Under the pieces are notes generated by a model, which ran no database searches, was not told the DNA's origin, and saw only the letters and a program-made list of their open reading frames with translations. From Antedon mediterranea (Eukaryota > Animalia > Echinodermata), in the NCBI RefSeq assembly GCF_964355755.1, contig NC_092677.1, positions 12,360,101-12,424,100 of the forward strand: 64,000 nucleotides of DNA, written 5' to 3'. The position numbers and the translations under genes are program-made. The stretch's first letter is position 1. Every line of letters starts with the position of its first letter. Of this stretch, positions 25,143 to 38,300 are shown in pieces.

Positions 25143-25313
25143 GATAAGTAGCCTAGAAACATCAAAGATGCTGATGCAAGATGGCAACCATAAAGCTCTG
25201 TCTACTCTATCAAACTTTATGTGTCAAAAAAATGTTAGGTGCCCACATGGATATGATGTCATACCACTACCATATTTGGGCACATTACTTTTTTTTGTCA
25301 AAATAGTTTGATA

Positions 25314-25499
25314 CAGTCAACTCTCCCAATACCGGACACCTTTGGGCCGGCCAAATAAGTCTGGTTTTCCGGAAAGTCTGGTATTCGGAATGTGTTTTTA
25401 ATGGTAAAAATAAATTTGGGACCTTTTGGTCCTCAAAAAAAGTCTGGTATTGGGAGAGTTTCTGGTTTTCAGAGAGTCCGGTATTGGGAGAGTTGACTG
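25314..25499. mobile_element. Tc1/mariner-like MITE nested in a family A MITE
   Basis: TA|CAGTCAACTCTCCCAATACCGGAC...GTCCGGTATTGGGAGAGTTGACTG|TA, perfect 24-bp TIRs. Confidence 0.88.
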
Positions 25500-26756
25500 T
25501 AGTGGTTTTTTGTGGATGGAGAGAGCTGAGAAGAAATGACACAACAATACAAGGCAAAAAACTGTTGCTGGCAGTGACAAGATTTTAAAATAATGTACTG
25601 TTATTTACACTTTTTAAAAGCCTTCAACCCTACACTCAATTTGGAGTGCCGATTAGTCATCGTTTGGACCCAGAATCCACCAAAACTGTATCGAGGAATA
25701 ACACCCCAATTGTGCACAATGAGTTAGCATAACCAAAGTTGGTCCTCGCAAATTAAAAGCTCTAGGGCCAGGATGTAATAATGTACACAATAACATTAAG
25801 TTGCCAATAAAGAGTATTTTTTTTTTTAATATGAAGGCTGTTGTCTTCTACACTGTATGTGACAAAAAATTATATATGGACAACATGTCATGTCACTCCC
25901 ATATTTGGGCACAAATAACCAAATTAAACAAAAATGGAAGCTGCGTTTGCACTGTACATTCGTCCTTCAGTGATTAGGTACAGGAAGTGAGGATAATCGG
26001 CCAGAAACTACTCATTTCTGTCAAAGACTTGTTTTACAGTACACAACAGTTGTATATTTTTATGGCCTGGTTCACAATTACCAGAACATTACAGGTGGAG
26101 GTGCAGACAATACAGTAGTGCTTTTTTGGGGCCCTGATGTTATTAAGTGTGGACGGAATACACATTCCAGTCAATTTAGTCTCCTTCGTCCAAGTATATT
26201 GAAAAAAATTCAATGGATTCCAAGTGATAAGCAACGTCGTCGTCCGAAATGTAGTTGGCATGTTGTGGAAAATATAAAAACTGCAAAGTTTAACCTTTAT
26301 GCATAATATTTATTCCATTGATTTAACCAGTACTCTCTGTGTGAACGTTCAAGTAAAAAATCTGTAATTATTAGTATACAGAAGATGTCCATACATATTC
26401 AAAATACAGAAATAAATATTACTATTCTGGACTATTTATTTTTATTTATTTAATACAGTAACAAGATTAATTTCAGAAACATTTCAGTTATTACATGATG
26501 GTTCTCCCAAACAAACATTTGTAATTACTAAGAAAGTGAACAAATTTACTGCAAACATAATTTATGCACATCACTCATTGGGTTCAAAATCCAGTCGATG
26601 GGAGAGATCTTTCAAAATTGTTCGATATTTTATCAATTTTGAAAGATCTAGTGTGATAGAGGTTTTAAATTTTACATGAAGTGATACACTCCTATATTAC
26701 GAATTTCAATATTTGAATAATTCCTATGCAAATTATGCACATCATATACAAGGTGC

Positions 26757-28231
26757 CTAAACTATAAGAGCTTTAATTTCATCGTAAAGAACTAATACAA
26801 GTGCTCCTCCGGTACCACGGAGAACATTAGATAGAGCACCCTTGAAGAAAGCTTTGCCACCTTCTTGTTGAGCAATCTTCCTCCAGCAATCGATGGTGTT
26901 CTTGTACATGACATCCTTGCGACCAGACTGCATCATCATACGACGTCTGACGGTGTCGAATGGATACGAGATAATACCTGAAGCTGTGGTGACGCACTGT
27001 GCTACCATCCATGAGAAGAAGATGTTAAGCTTGTACGGGATCATGCCTTTAGCCGTGTCGTAGAACCCGAAGTATGCTGCACGGTAGATAATGATACCTT
27101 GTACAGACACGGAGAAACCTCTGTAAAGACCGAGGTACCCATCAGACTTGTATATAGATGCAAGACAGTTGCCTAGACCAGTGAATTCACGGCTTGCGCC
27201 TTTCCCGACATCGGCAGCTAAACGTGTACGGGCGAAATCAAGAGGGTACACGAAGCACAGCGATGTTGCACCAGCAGCACCACCAGACGCTAAATTACCA
27301 ACAAAGAACCTGAAAAATTGTGTTTTCTTGTCCACATTATTGAGGAAAATCTGCTTGTATTTGTCTTTGAAGGCGAAATTAAGAGCTTGTGTTGGGAAGT
27401 ATCTGATGACGTTGGCCAAGTTACCCCTCCATAATGAGAAAAAGCCTTGCTCTTTAGTAACACGTGAAAAACAATCGACGATGCCTTTGTATTGTTGGTC
27501 AGCGGTAATCTGCTTGGAGGCTGCCTGAACCTGAAATAAACAAATAAAACACGGTTATAAAATCTGAAGATTAGACTAAAACTTGTTGGTTGTCAAAGTA
27601 GCGCAAGTATTACCATAATAATACTGGCTGGTTAATCTGTCCATTAAAAAACCGATTGGATTTGTTGTAGGCCTGGAACACCCCGCCTAAACTTACCCAA
27701 CTAAACTAAATAGTATGTATGGTAGTAATACGACTAATAGGAAATGAAGGGAATGGGTATAGGCTTAGTTAGCCTAATAATAATACTTTAATATGCCTAT
27801 TTAAGTAGTACTACTAGTAGAAATGAATGAATCTTAAATTTAAGTTTTGATAATACTAATAGAATTATACACATATTTCATACTTATTCAATCATAGTGG
27901 AATGTAAATTTGACTGTTTAATATGTCTATAACCTCGGTTAATATTGCTAGTTTACTTTGTTAGATTTAAGCACGAACTCACTACCGGCCTTCCCACAAT
28001 GCATCAGTCAACCATTAATCCATACATGCTGACCGGATCGGTGCCGGTTTGTAGAATTTTACATCGGTTTTTACTAGTTAAAAAAAATTGATAATTCAAC
28101 CAAATTACCTGAAGAAGCAACTTTACTCTTTCAATTGGGGCTACAGCTGTTTTTGAGATAGCAGCGGCTATACCACCGGCTGCAAGATCTTTTGCAAAGG
28201 AGACGGCTTGTTCTTGTGCTGTTTTCGGCAT
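26757..28231 (-). CDS. Mitochondrial ADP/ATP translocase (ANT, SLC25A4/5/6 family), 2 coding exons, 298 aa
   Basis: Exons 28109-28231 and 26757-27530 with a phase-0 intron (LLLQ|VQAAS). Signature RRRMMM plus carrier motifs PIERVK, PLDFAR and PFDTVR. Confidence 0.97.
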
Positions 28232-28269
28232 TTTGACTGTCTTGCGAAAGAGGCTGAGTGAATGCAGAC

Positions 28270-28304
28270 TGACGTCACATCCAACATGGTTGGTAGTTTT
28301 TATA
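28270..28304 (-). promoter_or_regulatory. ANT core promoter: TATA box and CRE palindrome
   Basis: TATAAAA on the minus strand at 28298-28304 and TGACGTCA at 28270-28277, 40-70 bp upstream of the ATG. Confidence 0.45.
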
Positions 28305-28663
28305 ACACTCTAGTTTATTCTTACGCGCTAAATAAAATAATTCTCTTAATATTACGGCGTTGCGTTATGATCTTATATCTACTACTACACTTATAAATGT
28401 ATTATTTATTTAATTATTGGAATGATATTAAAACGATATAAAGATTTTTTTAATAATAAGCAATTTAATTTCTGTGCGCATAATTTTATGTGGACTTTTT
28501 ACTTTTGTATACCGCCCCCATTATTCGTCATTTCCCTTTCCGTGTGACGTATATTTTACGCATACTTGGTGGTCATAGGAATTTCATATAGTTACACCAC
28601 CACCATGCACACTTACTATAGGTCCAATGAATAGCAAACTTTGAAACTTGTATGTAAACTTAA

Positions 28664-29187
28664 AGATGTATTGTCCCTTTGACTAATTCCAACAAAATTT
28701 TAAAATAAATTTTCGAAAAAAAGTGGGTCATTTTGAAGTATCATAATAGTTATTAACTTTTACCAAAAATTAGTCGAAAAAAAAATAATTTAACTGAAAT
28801 ACAGACATTTTTTGTTCAAAAAATAACTTTGACTTCCATTCAAAGTTTTCGATCAAAACATATCTCATAATGCAACGCACTTGTTTGGCTACTCTGTATG
28901 CTATATCATAAAACTTCCTCGCGATCTGTCTTAAAACACCTTCTCAACCGTGACGAGTTGTAAACAATTCTAATTAGCATCATACATAATGCATACTCGT
29001 GGTTTGAAATGTTTGTTTACTTTTGCTTACGACGATTTTCCAGACGAAATGTAATCAAATTAATTTACCTTTTAATTACGTAAACTTGTTGTTTTTGGCT
29101 CGAATTTTCGACTTAAAGTGAATAACTTTAATATTACTTTGATAATATTTTGACCTTCATTTTTTGTGTTTCAAGAGACATACATCT
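28664..29187. mobile_element. Kolobok-like non-autonomous DNA transposon, copy 1
   Basis: TTAA on both flanks, termini AGATGTATTGTCCCTT...AAGAGACATACATCT (RR...YY ends). A second copy lies at 45483-46006. Confidence 0.75.
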
Positions 29188-30102
29188 TTAATATACAGGT
29201 TTTTTTTTTTCACTTTCCAGTTCAGCCTAAAAACGATGTTTTATCGTATTGATTTACAATGTTTGTTTATGCCAGTAGCGCATAGGCCTACAATTAAAAA
29301 GTCGCATAATAAAGAAATTTAATTCGTAGATCCTAGTGCTAGTTAGGCCTATATACTATATATTAGAATAGTGTGTGTATGACATTGCTTTCATTTATTC
29401 TTTATTTCGTATTCAAATGTGCATTACAGATACAAAGCTCTTTCACTAATATACATAATTACATAAGTAAAACAATATGCAATAATAGTAAAAAAAACAT
29501 GGACCACAAACTGGTAATACGTGTACATAAATCGCTCAAAGTAAAAATCTCCAGTTTGCATTTAAAAAGGCATTTCATAAATGCACATAATCATGATAAT
29601 TATTATTAAAGTGGTTGACTCTTTTTTTATATATTTTGTGGCACCACCACCTTATTCATTCAATGTTTCATTACATAATTTCTAAACATTTTCTAATTTT
29701 TTTCATTATTTTCTGTTTTTCAATAGTATCATACCATTAAAACAAAGTATTTACTTCTTACCATTCTTTTTTTTTTTTTTGTGGTGGACTCTTAGTGAGA
29801 AACCATAAATAGATTTCTGATTTTTTCTTTGAAATAACAATTAGCTTCCAATTAATGAAATATTTCATATGACAGTCAAGGAGGTTAAGTGGGGCAAAAT
29901 TAACCATAGAATAATAGAGAAGTTTAATATCTCTATTCTATGAGATACACGTCTTTTTCCACATCTTAACGTACCAACCGGGGACCATGTACCACACCAT
30001 ACACTTGTTTTTACCTCTTTGGCTTCCCATATTATAGGTCACGTGCACTTTAAAATGTCAAAATCGGCATGTGTTGTGTTTGGAATTTCCTAATCATACG
30101 TG

Positions 30103-31831
30103 ATGGAAATTATCGTCGAAAAAATGGAGGAATTGCGACAAATTTCCAAAGAAATTTGGAAAAATCCTGAGCTAGGATACGAAGAAAAATATGCTCATAA
30201 AATAATAACTGACTTTTTAAAGAACAATGGTTTTCACGTAGAAGAAAGCTATTTACATCCGACAGGCTTCCGAGCAAGCTTCGGTACCACCAGCACTAAC
30301 CACCGCGAGAGCGGAGGCGGGGATAAGGGGTCTTCGCACGCCTGTGTGATGGTTGAATACGATGCCCTTCCAGAAATTGGTCATGCCTCCGGTAGAAATC
30401 TTGTTACAGAAACCGGTTTAGCTGCAGCGATCGTGATTAAGAGTTCAATCGAAAGGGGAGAAACAAAGGGAAAGGTAAGGCCTTAATAATTATAATTCAT
30501 TATTTTAAATTATAATTATTAATAATATTAATAATAATTTAAATATTGATTAAATATTTTATCAAAACCTATTATTTATTAAATAAGGCTTAGTAATCAC
30601 TTCACTTGGTTGGAGTACCCAGTCTTTATTCATTTCTCATTGATATACAAATTAATAAATTTAGATTTAAATGATAAATAAATAATGATGTATATAAAAT
30701 CTGAATAATACTTAACTTACAAATACAGGTATCTGTGTTAGGATGTCCCGGTCATGAGGGAAATGGTGGAAAGGTCGACGCCATAAAAAAGAAATTCTTT
30801 GAAGATATAGACTTTGCTGTTAGTGCGCAACCCTACACTTCGGATATAAGCACCCCGTTGATGCTTACAATTATGCGATTGTGTGTGACGTATAAAGGCA
30901 AACAGGCCCACGCTTCAGCTCATCCGTGGGAAGGTCGTAACGCTTTAGATGCTGCAGTCTTGTGTTACAACAACATCTCGGTGTTAAGACAGCAACTAAA
31001 ACCACTTATGCAGATTCATGGTAAATTTATTTCTCAGTCGAGCAAGGTTGAAATTGTGGCTTGTGTTACATTTTATTATTTCTTTTTTATTTAGTATCAA
31101 AGAAAGCAAGTCATGCCAACATTCTTAAAAGAAGTAATGGCATGTTATACTTAAGTTTTGCTTCCATTAACTGAATTCTGGGTTCAAATCCTATTTAAAC
31201 TAAAATTGATTTTACCATAGTGTTACATTATTACCTGTAGTTCGGTGATAATCTTTGTTTATATTCTTAAATTATATTTGCAGGCATAATAACAAAAGGT
31301 GGAGTAAAGCCTAACATCATACCAGGAGAGACTGAAATGGAGTTTTATTTACGTGCTAAAGATCATGTGGATATGGCCGTTTTACAACAGCGTGCCAATG
31401 GCGCTTTTGTGGCTGCGGCAAAAGCCACTGGATGTGAAATTGAGTTTAACTTTCAAGAAAAGCCATACTCAAACCTTACCTCAAACCCAACACTTGCTAA
31501 ACTATATGAGAAAAATGCAGAGAAATATGGAATTTCGTTTACGCGCAACTGCGAAGAGCTTCAGATTCCTGTTGGATCTACGGACGTAGGAAACGTATCA
31601 CATGTTATACCGACAATACTTCCGACTTTCAGTATTGGTACATCTGCTAGGAATCATACAGAGGCATTCGCAGAAGCTGCTGGCTCTGATGCGGCACACG
31701 AGTGCGCTTTGAATGTAGGAAAAGCATTAGCAGCAACAGCCATCGATGTCATGTCCGACAAAAATCTGCAGATGCAAATAAAAGAAGATTTTACAAGTGT
31801 TAATTCTGCTTCCATGACAGCTTGGCATTGA
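30103..31831 (+). CDS. PM20D2: Peptidase M20 domain-containing protein 2-like (M20D amidohydrolase), 3 exons, 403 aa; active-site residues substituted
   Basis: Exons 30103-30474, 30729-31020 and 31284-31831. Motifs IWKNPELGYEE, EYDALPEIGHA, HASAHPWEGRNALDAAV, GGVKPNIIP, GSTDVGNVSH and NHT. Confidence 0.9.
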
Positions 31832-32508
31832 TAACACTTGCAGAAGGAAGGAACCATATTATTTTTTATTGAGCCATAATAGTATCATGATTTTCCTATC
31901 GAAATGTCATTTTAGGTATTCAAATATCCTGTGGAAATAAACTAAACTGAAATACAGTACTAAATAAGTACTAAATCACAAATGCTATTCCTTTATCAAG
32001 ATTAATGAGAAAAATCTCTATTTTTTCACATAGTTTATGTGAAGAGAAACTAAATATGGGTTAGGTTACCATGTGTTTAGGTAACAAATTTATTTGATTT
32101 AAATGAATATTGCAGTGAGGTTTGTGTGCTCAATCAATATTCAAATAATTTTATTTTAATCGAAATATTATTCAACATTGTAACCTCTGTATAATTAACT
32201 GTGCAATTGTAAGTTACAATAAAAGTACTACATTGACATTTACCTTTTTTTTTAAATCCAGATTAGCAAAAATGACAATACTGTAATAATTTATAAATGA
32301 TGTGTATATAGTTGACAGAAACCTGAATAAATAAATCATTTTATCAAAGTTTATTCTTTTTTGGGTATCTTGTCTCTCTATACTACTTACCCCTTTATTC
32401 ACTATCAACTTGACAAAAAATGTTATTTGCCCATATATTGACATGTCATTCATATCACTACCATATTTGGGCATATCACTACCATATTTAGGCACATTAC
32501 ACTTTTTT

Positions 32509-34057
32509 GGGTTATCCGCAACGAAGTTGCAGGATAACCTTTTGTGATTGTACGAAATCATCATCATCATCATCATCTTTTAATTTGGCATCTTTCTTTC
32601 TGTATGATTGTTGTGTAACGCTTTTCTCTAAAACTTGCAAACATAACATTTTGTAACTTTCTCAACATATCGTCATGCACAGTTGTGCTGCGAAGCTTTT
32701 CATGACGTTTACAATTGCGCAACGTGACTTATGCGCGATTTAACGATTTTGTCGTATTTAACATAGGTCAACAACCAAATAACATTTCAAATTGAAACTT
32801 TGCAAAAGTTTAATTTATATCATGCGCTAACTTTCTGTTGAAAAAAAATTGCGTGTTTTACACAAAGTTACGCGCATTTAAAATTTCAAAATGCGCAAAA
32901 TTAATTTATAATCAACTTTCTACGCGTTTTATGTCGTTCTAAGCATTTCAAAAATTCCCATGCGTGCGCACATTTTTACGTGTGTGGTGCGCACGTAGCA
33001 TTGAAAACATATTTTTTTCGCGTGATTTATGTTTTTCCAGCCTTTTCTAGTAATTTTACCAAATTTTAAACAGTTTCGACTTAAAGATACGTCATACGAG
33101 CACGTCGAATTGGACAATTTGCGCGCGTTTTTTATGAAAAGGTTAAAAAATTCGTTAAAAATATGCCTTTTTTTAAACAGTCAAATTTTTGTGGATGACA
33201 TATTCTGGAAGTTGATGAGTTGTAGATATTGGATCAGGTATTAATATGGCTAACTGGACATTGTGACGTCATCGTATGGCCACGCGAATATAAAATTTAG
33301 GATTTTTGTATCTTTCGTCATAGCTCATCACATTGAATAGAGCGCATCTCCACTTATCCGTTTTCCATTTTCACCCGATTTTGATATTGTCTAGGTCAAT
33401 CAACTATCTTTCGCATGAGTTAAAAATATTTTAATTTTTATGACGTCATCATGCCTAAAAATTTAAATTACGTGTGGCATTAATTTCATCTTTACAGTAA
33501 ATTTTAATCTGTTGTAGCTTGTAAGAATAAATTGTGATAATCACGATTAAAACGTTTTCTGGAAGCTATTGGATTGTAGATACGAAATCATGTAAAAATT
33601 TTGCCAATCGGATGTTGTGACGTCATCATATGGCCAGTAGTATTTTCATATTTTGCGTCATAATTCATTACATTTAAAAGAGCGCGCATCAATATTTCAC
33701 GTATTCAAATTTCTTCTACACGTTAATACGTTGTTGCTGAGATAATTTCCTTCCGAAATGGCTACCTTCGCGTTTCATTTTAAAACCGTCAACATGTTAA
33801 AAATTGCAATAAATAGCGGGTCCCGTAATTTCACCTATTCTACACTGTATGTGATATGGATACAGATTATACTCTGTATACTATATGAATCAAAATAATA
33901 AAATTCAGCAATAACAACATATCATATTCTTCAGTTCAGGTCATAATGCCAACGTGAACACTTCCTTTTGTCCTCAACCTATCCCCTTAATGTTAATGTT
34001 GCACCACTTGCACGGCGGATAACCAAACTCGTCAAAGTGACGAGTTACATGTCTAGT
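32509..34057 (+). mobile_element. Helentron/HINE (DINE-1-like) non-autonomous rolling-circle element
   Basis: 5' hairpin GGTTATCCGCAAC-GAA-GTTGCAGGATAACC followed by (ATC)n. At the 3' end: subterminal inverted repeat GCGGATAACC (34015-34024), hairpin AACTCGTCA-AAG-TGACGAGTT and CTAGT. Inserted in a T-run with no TSD. Confidence 0.8.
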
Positions 34058-34179
34058 ATCAAACTAGTTTGATCGTGTAGACAGAGCTTAAGGCATGCAA
34101 TCCAGCTTAATATTTTGTTTTTAAAAAACATTTTGACACACAGTTTGTCATACCTATACAGTAAGTAAACTTCAGCTGA

Positions 34180-34368
34180 AATCAAAGCCTGTTGGCCTGG
34201 TGGTGCAATCAAAGCCTGTTGGCCTGGTGGTGCAATCAAAGCCTGTTGGCCTGGTGGTACAATCAAAGCCTGTTGGCCTGGTGGTGCAATCAAAGCCTGT
34301 TGGCCTGGTGGTGCAATCAAAGCCTGTTGGCCTGGTGGTACAATCAAAGCCTGTTTGCCTGGTGGTGC
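34180..34368. repeat. 27-bp minisatellite, 7 copies
   Basis: Unit AATCAAAGCCTGTTGGCCTGGTGGT(G/A)C. Confidence 0.95.
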
Positions 34369-35347
34369 TACGTCAAAAGTGCCAACAACATAAAATAATT
34401 GGTAAAAAATAAAAACAAACAATCCACCTTTTTTTTTTCATTTTGCTTTATTGCACAAATCAATTTTTGTAATCTGAAGTAAAAATTTATAATTAAACAA
34501 AATTATTTGTACTTGAAATTCATTACAGTATGTAATTATCACGACTCCGGCAAATAAAAATAAACGTCAATGTTTCGTTGTCATGTGGCAACGTGCATAT
34601 TGATTGGTACATAGCAATGTGCATTGTGAAAATGAAACATTGACTTTCGGTTCAATTTCTTGCGCCGACCAGAACCATGCCGGAACAGGTGTGAAAGACC
34701 CTTTACACTGTGTTTTATTCATACCCCAAATTCACACCAAGGCACTGGATTGTTTATTTACAATATAATGCTAAAAACCAGCCAACATAATGAATATGCC
34801 CCTACTTTACACTACTGGAAGACTGTTTGTTTGGAAGATTGACATATTACTTAATTCCGAAACAATGCTTGGCAATTTATACTTTCTATATACCCATATG
34901 CGGATCCCCGTCACAAAACAATCGACAATACAAATTTCTTGAAATCATTATTTTTTTGTCTTCACCTCCTAAATATTGGGATTCCTAAAATGAGGGTGTA
35001 TATTTCACCTCTGTTTCATCGTACCATTTAAGTGTGAACATAATATATTTAATATTTTTAATGTTGGTAAAGTGTCAGCATATAAACTTTAATTCAAATC
35101 TTGGTGGAAAATTGTTTCTTCTCTTTACAAATTTTGATATGCTATATAATACTTCTAAATGAACACAGGTTTTTCACTCACACTTGAAACACTTGTGAGC
35201 ACCAATTTATATAAAATGTTTTGCAAAATAAACTCCATCTTGTCCGCCTATTTGATCTCGCGTTCAGTTTCAATAAAATTTAGATACTGTACTTTACTGT
35301 ACTGTGTTTTTGGCTTAGTTGGCACAATAGCTGTTTGATTGGATTTC

Positions 35348-38300
35348 TTATGATGATGTTTCCTCATTTGTGTCTAGTTCCGTTGTATTCTGATTTAAGC
35401 TTTCTGTACCTGTAAAAAGTAATTAAAAACAATTTGTATACCGAAATTATATATATATATAAGTTATAAATGTATTTTCATGTGACACAAGGCAAACAGG
35501 TATCCCATTCGATTTTTTCAGTGTCTGGACAACAGAAAATTCTATTATCTTAACTTCTTACTTTTATTTTCTTCTTTCTCTTTTATTTCTCCTTGTTCAG
35601 ATTCCATTTCTTTTTTCTCTACACTATCTTCATCAACATTTTCCTCTGTTATTGTATTTCTTTCAATCACATCACTTTTTTCATCCTTATTTGTAGCAAC
35701 TTTTTCCACTTTTTCTGTTTCTTCAACCTTTCTTTCCTTTTTTGTACCTTCTTCTACAACCTTTTCTTTCTTTCTTGTAACTTCTTCTAAAACATTTTCT
35801 TTCTTTCTTGTAACTTCTTCTAAAACATTTTCTTTCTGTCTTGTAACTTCTTGTAAAACATTTTCTTTCTTTCTTGTAACTTCTTCTAAAACATTTTCTT
35901 TCTGTCTTGTAACTTCTTGTAAAACATTTTCTTTAATCTTTCCTTCTTTTTTTGTATCTTCTTCAACCTTTTTTACATCTTCTTCTTCAACATTTTCTTC
36001 TTTTTCGTTAATTGTAATCCCATCATTTATTTCACCTTCATTCATTTCCTCTTTTATATCTTCTAAATTATTATCATCTTGGTCATTCTCATCCTCATCA
36101 TCTATCTCTTGTATATTTTCTGGTATTTTTGTTTTTGTTGTGACTTCTGCTCCTCCAAGAAAATCATCTAAAGCTAGTTTATCTGTATCATCAACTTGGA
36201 ATTCAAAATCATCAATTGAGCTGGTGGATGTCTTTTCTCTTTGGACAACTTTTTCTACAAAAAAAAATTAGTAAAGTTAGTAAATTGTATCTGGGAATAC
36301 CAGACATATGATAACTTGTCATCTATGGCTGAAGGTTAGGTAGTGATGAATAGTTGAATTGGTAGTTGAATTTATGTACCCATATTTCCAACTCAGTTGT
36401 ATTCCTAATCAATATCAATCTATTTACAGACAAACAAGATGCCCTACATTGGTCAGGAATTTAACCTAGACCCTTTGGACTGAGCTGATACCACATATAC
36501 AATCATAACCTGACCAGTGAATGTAAACATTTTGTATTAAGCTCTACACTATCAAACTCTATGTGACAAAAATGTGATGTGCCCATATTTAGATGACATC
36601 ATATCACTACTATATTTGGGCATATCACCACCATATTTAGGCACATCACAATTTAACCTAGACTCTTTGGACTGAGCTGATACCACATATACAATCATAA
36701 CCTGACCAGTGAATGTAAACATTTTGTATTAAGCTCTACACTATCAAACTCTATGTGACAAAAATGTGATGTGCCCATATTTAGATGACATCATATCACT
36801 ACCATATTTGGGCATATCACCACCATATTTAGGCATATCACTACCATATTTGATCATATCACTACCATATTTGATCATATCACTACCATATTTGGGCATA
36901 TCACCACCATATTTAGGCATATCACTACCATATTTAGGCACATCACAATTTTGATAGTGTAGACAGAGCTTTATACTTGTCACTAGTTATTGTTTCTTTT
37001 TCAGATAGCGCCACCAATATGCGAGGCCATTTTTATTCTCTTTGAAACAGATTCAAGCCCATTTACAGGTATGGCATGCCTTATGTGCCAAAATGGTTTT
37101 TGTTCATACAAATATATTAGGCCAATCGGGAACCAACTGAATAAGTTTGTATATACCGTTAACTTTTCCATGTTGTTTGTAATGATCCATCTCTGCTGTG
37201 AAGACCTCTTCAAAAGCTTGTTGTCTTTCTTTCATTTTTGCTTCTTCTGCTTTTTCAAACTCTTTAACTAATTGTTCATTTTCTGCTTGGAGGTGAGCTA
37301 GAAAAACAAGATATATATGTAAAATATTTTACTCCGACAAAAAGGTTTTTATATCACATGAGTTTCATCTAAACTTTTAATCTAAATCATCCCAGTATAC
37401 AATATTTCTTACACAAAAGAGTCTATTACACTAAATTAGAAATGGATTTATATAATTTACTACTAGAACCTTCATTTTACCAACGGTACGGGACCGAAAA
37501 ACGTACATAAAACATGGCACTCGTAAAATCCAGGTTGACCTTAAATTGACCCCCAAATCTTAGCTAAAAAGGCTGCAGTGTTTGCCTACTTGTGACTTAC
37601 AGCATGCAGGTGGTTACTGGCTAGGTCTAGGCTAGTAGGCCTAGCTAGATGTGAGGCCTAACTAGAAAAGTATATGCCGGCTGTGCGATGTTTAATTAAA
37701 GTATTATAAATAAAATATCAATGTTCTTGTATTTTCTATTAATAAAAGCAGTCGCTGCTTGTCTCACAGCCATGGCTTTGTTCTTTGTTGTTGTTAAATT
37801 GCTCCACACTATATGTCATAAATTACTAAAAATGGTCATCGGTCATTTTAAGCGTACGTAAAAATCCAGGGTACGTAAAACAGAGGTTCTACTGTATTAT
37901 AGTAATAACAATTTCTATCATATAAACGTTCTCTCTGTAGTACCAGTAATTGTTGTAAACATGAATTATTCATAAACAACATATTTTATTTGTTTGCTTG
38001 AAATATTCAATACCTTTTGTTCTTGCATATTCAGTGCTGAAAATGAAAAACAAAACAATTAACAATTGTTGATGAATAAATTAAGTGTCATCCAATGTCA
38101 TGTCATGTTGGTCAGTTTGTCCTTATTCAATGTCTAAAGCAGATGAGATCATGAATGTCATTACAGGTACCCATTTAAACTTATGGGGTTGATTAAATAC
38201 AGGTGTACTTATTCAAAAATAGTAGCTAATTTACATTGTAATACAGGTACCAATTTATACAAATGGGGTTAATTAATTACATGTAAACTTATTTATTCAT

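Noticed and set aside
27148-27528. ORFs antisense to or overlapping real exons (also 12486-13041, 31353-31857 and 49011-49786)
   Set aside because: Shadow frames of GC-richer coding sequence.
34045-34422. Repetitive ORFs (APPGQQALI, VVQSKPVGL, AWWCNQSLL)
   Set aside because: They are translations of a 27-bp minisatellite that is open in several frames, with no supporting gene structure.
36744-36983. ORF with MPKYGSD repeats (also 2622-2810, 32214-32576 and 44099-44299)
   Set aside because: Translation of the 21-bp internal repeat of MITE family A.
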